A stretch of DNA of 64,000 nucleotides from Fimbriosthenelais zetlandica (lineage: Eukaryota), in the NCBI GenBank assembly GCA_977030845.1, contig OZ365113.1:24862001-24926000 (forward strand), read 5' to 3'. Of this stretch, positions 62,153 through 64,000 are shown piece by piece. The position numbers were made by a program, and so were the translations under genes. Each line of letters begins with the position of its first letter. The first letter of the stretch is position 1. Under the pieces are notes generated by a model that was not told where the DNA came from, ran no database searches, and was given only the letters and a program-made list of their open reading frames with translations.

Positions 62153-62378
62153 GTATAGTAGGACGGACGGAGATGTTATCCATGTAGAAAGAGCAGATAA
62201 TAGTGTGCAACATATTAACTTTCAGTACACTCTAACCCCTATATATATATGCTCTATACCCATACACAAAATTGTCACTTTTACAGAACATTATTTACTT
62301 AGTGTTGACATGTACCTGGTTTTAGGAGGTTGGTAGTATACGTTCTGTGATTTCTTTGTCAAAGCTTCGTAAGACCCA

Positions 62379-62537
62379 TAGTAGAACCTCACCACCTCTT
62401 GACATTATGTGAGGTCGCATTAGTGAATAATTACAGTACATTTAAAAATGAAGTAGTACAAATGAAGTGGTAGCAAGCATGGCCGTTTTGTGAGGTGACC
62501 GCTATAGTGAGGTGAAAGTTAAATGGAGGAACCACTG
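62379..62537. mobile_element. Decayed pogo/Tc1-like MITE related to 16138-16342
   Basis: TAGTAGAACCTC...GTGAGGTGACCGCTATAGTGAGG...GAACCACTG|TA; the interior is complementary to 16150-16190. Confidence 0.55.
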
Positions 62538-62567
62538 TATAGCGGCACAGACCTATGCATGTATGTA

Positions 62568-62635
62568 GAGAAATGTAGTTTCGGACAGCTATCGGATGGC
62601 TCTGGATAGAGAAACGGATTAGTGTATTCCTGGCT
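62568..62635. mobile_element. MITE family B, right-end fragment
   Basis: TTTCGGACAGCTATCGGATGGCTCTGGATAGAGAAACGGATTAGTGTATTCCTGGCT|TAA. Confidence 0.8.
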
Positions 62636-63043
62636 TAACAAGGATATAGATATGACTATACAGATGGACTCAGCTGGAGGCCTCATTAACTCTACAATCT
62701 CTCACATCTGAAGATTGTAACTCAATAGATGAGCTGAAATAATGGCGGTATTACAGGTATCTAGATTTACCACAAAGGGCCCAGGCTCATACAATATCAT
62801 TTTGCCGTCTCACAGTGTGAGTGTCCATTATGCCAGGACAGTGGGTGCATTAATTAGGCCCACGCAATTATGTCTTTTCCTGCCTCACAAATTACTGTGT
62901 TGTTAAGGAAAAAATTGTTGCCTGGCAACCGTCCATAAGGTCTTTCTTGCGACTGTAGATAAGGGAGAGATTCTGGAATTATCTCCAAATCATATATAAT
63001 GTTCAGTTCCAGTAACGTTTTTTTTAATATTTTAATCGTACAG

Positions 63044-63229
63044 TATATCTTTCATTGTGACGATTTGGGTGAAGAAGGCAAAGTTTGTCAAAATAACGAC
63101 GATGGAAATGTCTATTTTTTGCGCAGATGTCTCCGAGTATATGCCTACTGCGCAGCTATTGATGCCCTCCTAGCGTGTGTTACTGCTCAGTGTTTTGGCA
63201 TGATCTGTTATGTCTCTAGAACTTTTCAG
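63044..63229 (+). other. Candidate further exon
   Basis: T-rich acceptor ...TTTAATCGTACAG|. One frame is open to a CAG|GTACAT donor at 63229 and another ends at TAG 63173. Confidence 0.3.
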
Positions 63230-64000
63230 GTACATCTACATGTACATGTATATGTATGTATTATATAAGAGCATCCCTCTTCTTTATTTCCAAGTCCCGG
63301 TGACAAACACAAAACAGACATATCATATATCAAAATCACCTTTCTCTCATCATATATAGTTATATATCCAGGAAATAGTATCTATATTAGAGGCCAGGAG
63401 TTATGAATATTGGATGCTCTGTGGGGTTAAGCTTGTCCTTCCCCTTCCTGACATCCACAAAGATGGCAGCAACCTCGATATATTTATTGCTATGTAATCC
63501 CCCTTTATGAATGCTGAGTTGCCAGACAAGGATCGTCTGTGGCAGGCGAGAAAGGTTAGTGGTGCTATAGAGGGTGATGATGGGGATATGGTGGGTGGTG
63601 ATGCTGCTGTGAAGGATGAAGAATAACGGTCGTTAGCCTATAGGCCTACGTTATCCTATATAACTGATCCTATAGAGAGGTCAGTGTACAACCATAACCT
63701 AAAGTATTGTTGTACAACGACCTGCAGGCATGGGAATCTTCAGGTAAAAGCCAGAAAACCCAGCTTTTTTGAGGTCATCACCAGGGACTAAGACCTGTCC
63801 TGAGATCAGTGCAAATCTGATGAGAAATGTGTTTGTTTTGGGGAGCCAGGGAACACTCGCAGCATTTTCCCTGCGAATTTGTTTTTAGCGAGAGGTAGCC
63901 TACAGCGAGGGTTCGTACATGCAAGCGGGAGTTTGTGTGCTTACAGCCTGTTCCCTCTCGTCCTGAGACAGCTGCATGAAAAATTGCCGGACAGCTTTGT

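Overview
This is eukaryotic (invertebrate-like, AT-rich, intron-containing) genomic DNA with one 190-N gap. It is not prokaryotic, and I found no CRISPR array, rRNA or genuine tRNA gene. (1) The clearest gene is an intronless 6.7-kb CDS (21461-28180, +) for a 2239-aa, mostly disordered C2H2 zinc-finger protein. It has 11 fingers, including an internally duplicated 4-finger cassette ending in a C2HC finger, and an unrecognised 11-aa repeat (A[HQ]A[ST]xxNxQxT x7-8). (2) A second + strand gene starts MGCGSAK at 51141 with a 2.26-kb disordered first coding exon. Phase-compatible downstream exons (54965, 62008, possibly 63044) would encode a C-terminal domain I cannot name. (3) A probable third + strand gene has an RFX X-box next to its ATG (39872), a first exon interrupted by the gap and a 315-nt second exon. 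(4) Several housekeeping-type promoter cassettes (about 3.9, 19.7, 29.9, 37.5, 39.0 and 43.35 kb) and isolated exon-like segments suggest further small genes I could not reconstruct. (5) Mobile DNA includes a full-length tRNA-derived SINE with a 14-bp TSD, two Harbinger-like MITE families sharing AGCCnGG termini, a pogo/Tc1-like MITE and a ~50-bp hairpin repeat family. There are also minisatellites (44-bp, 28-bp) and microsatellites. All calls come from reading the sequence by eye; no database search was run.
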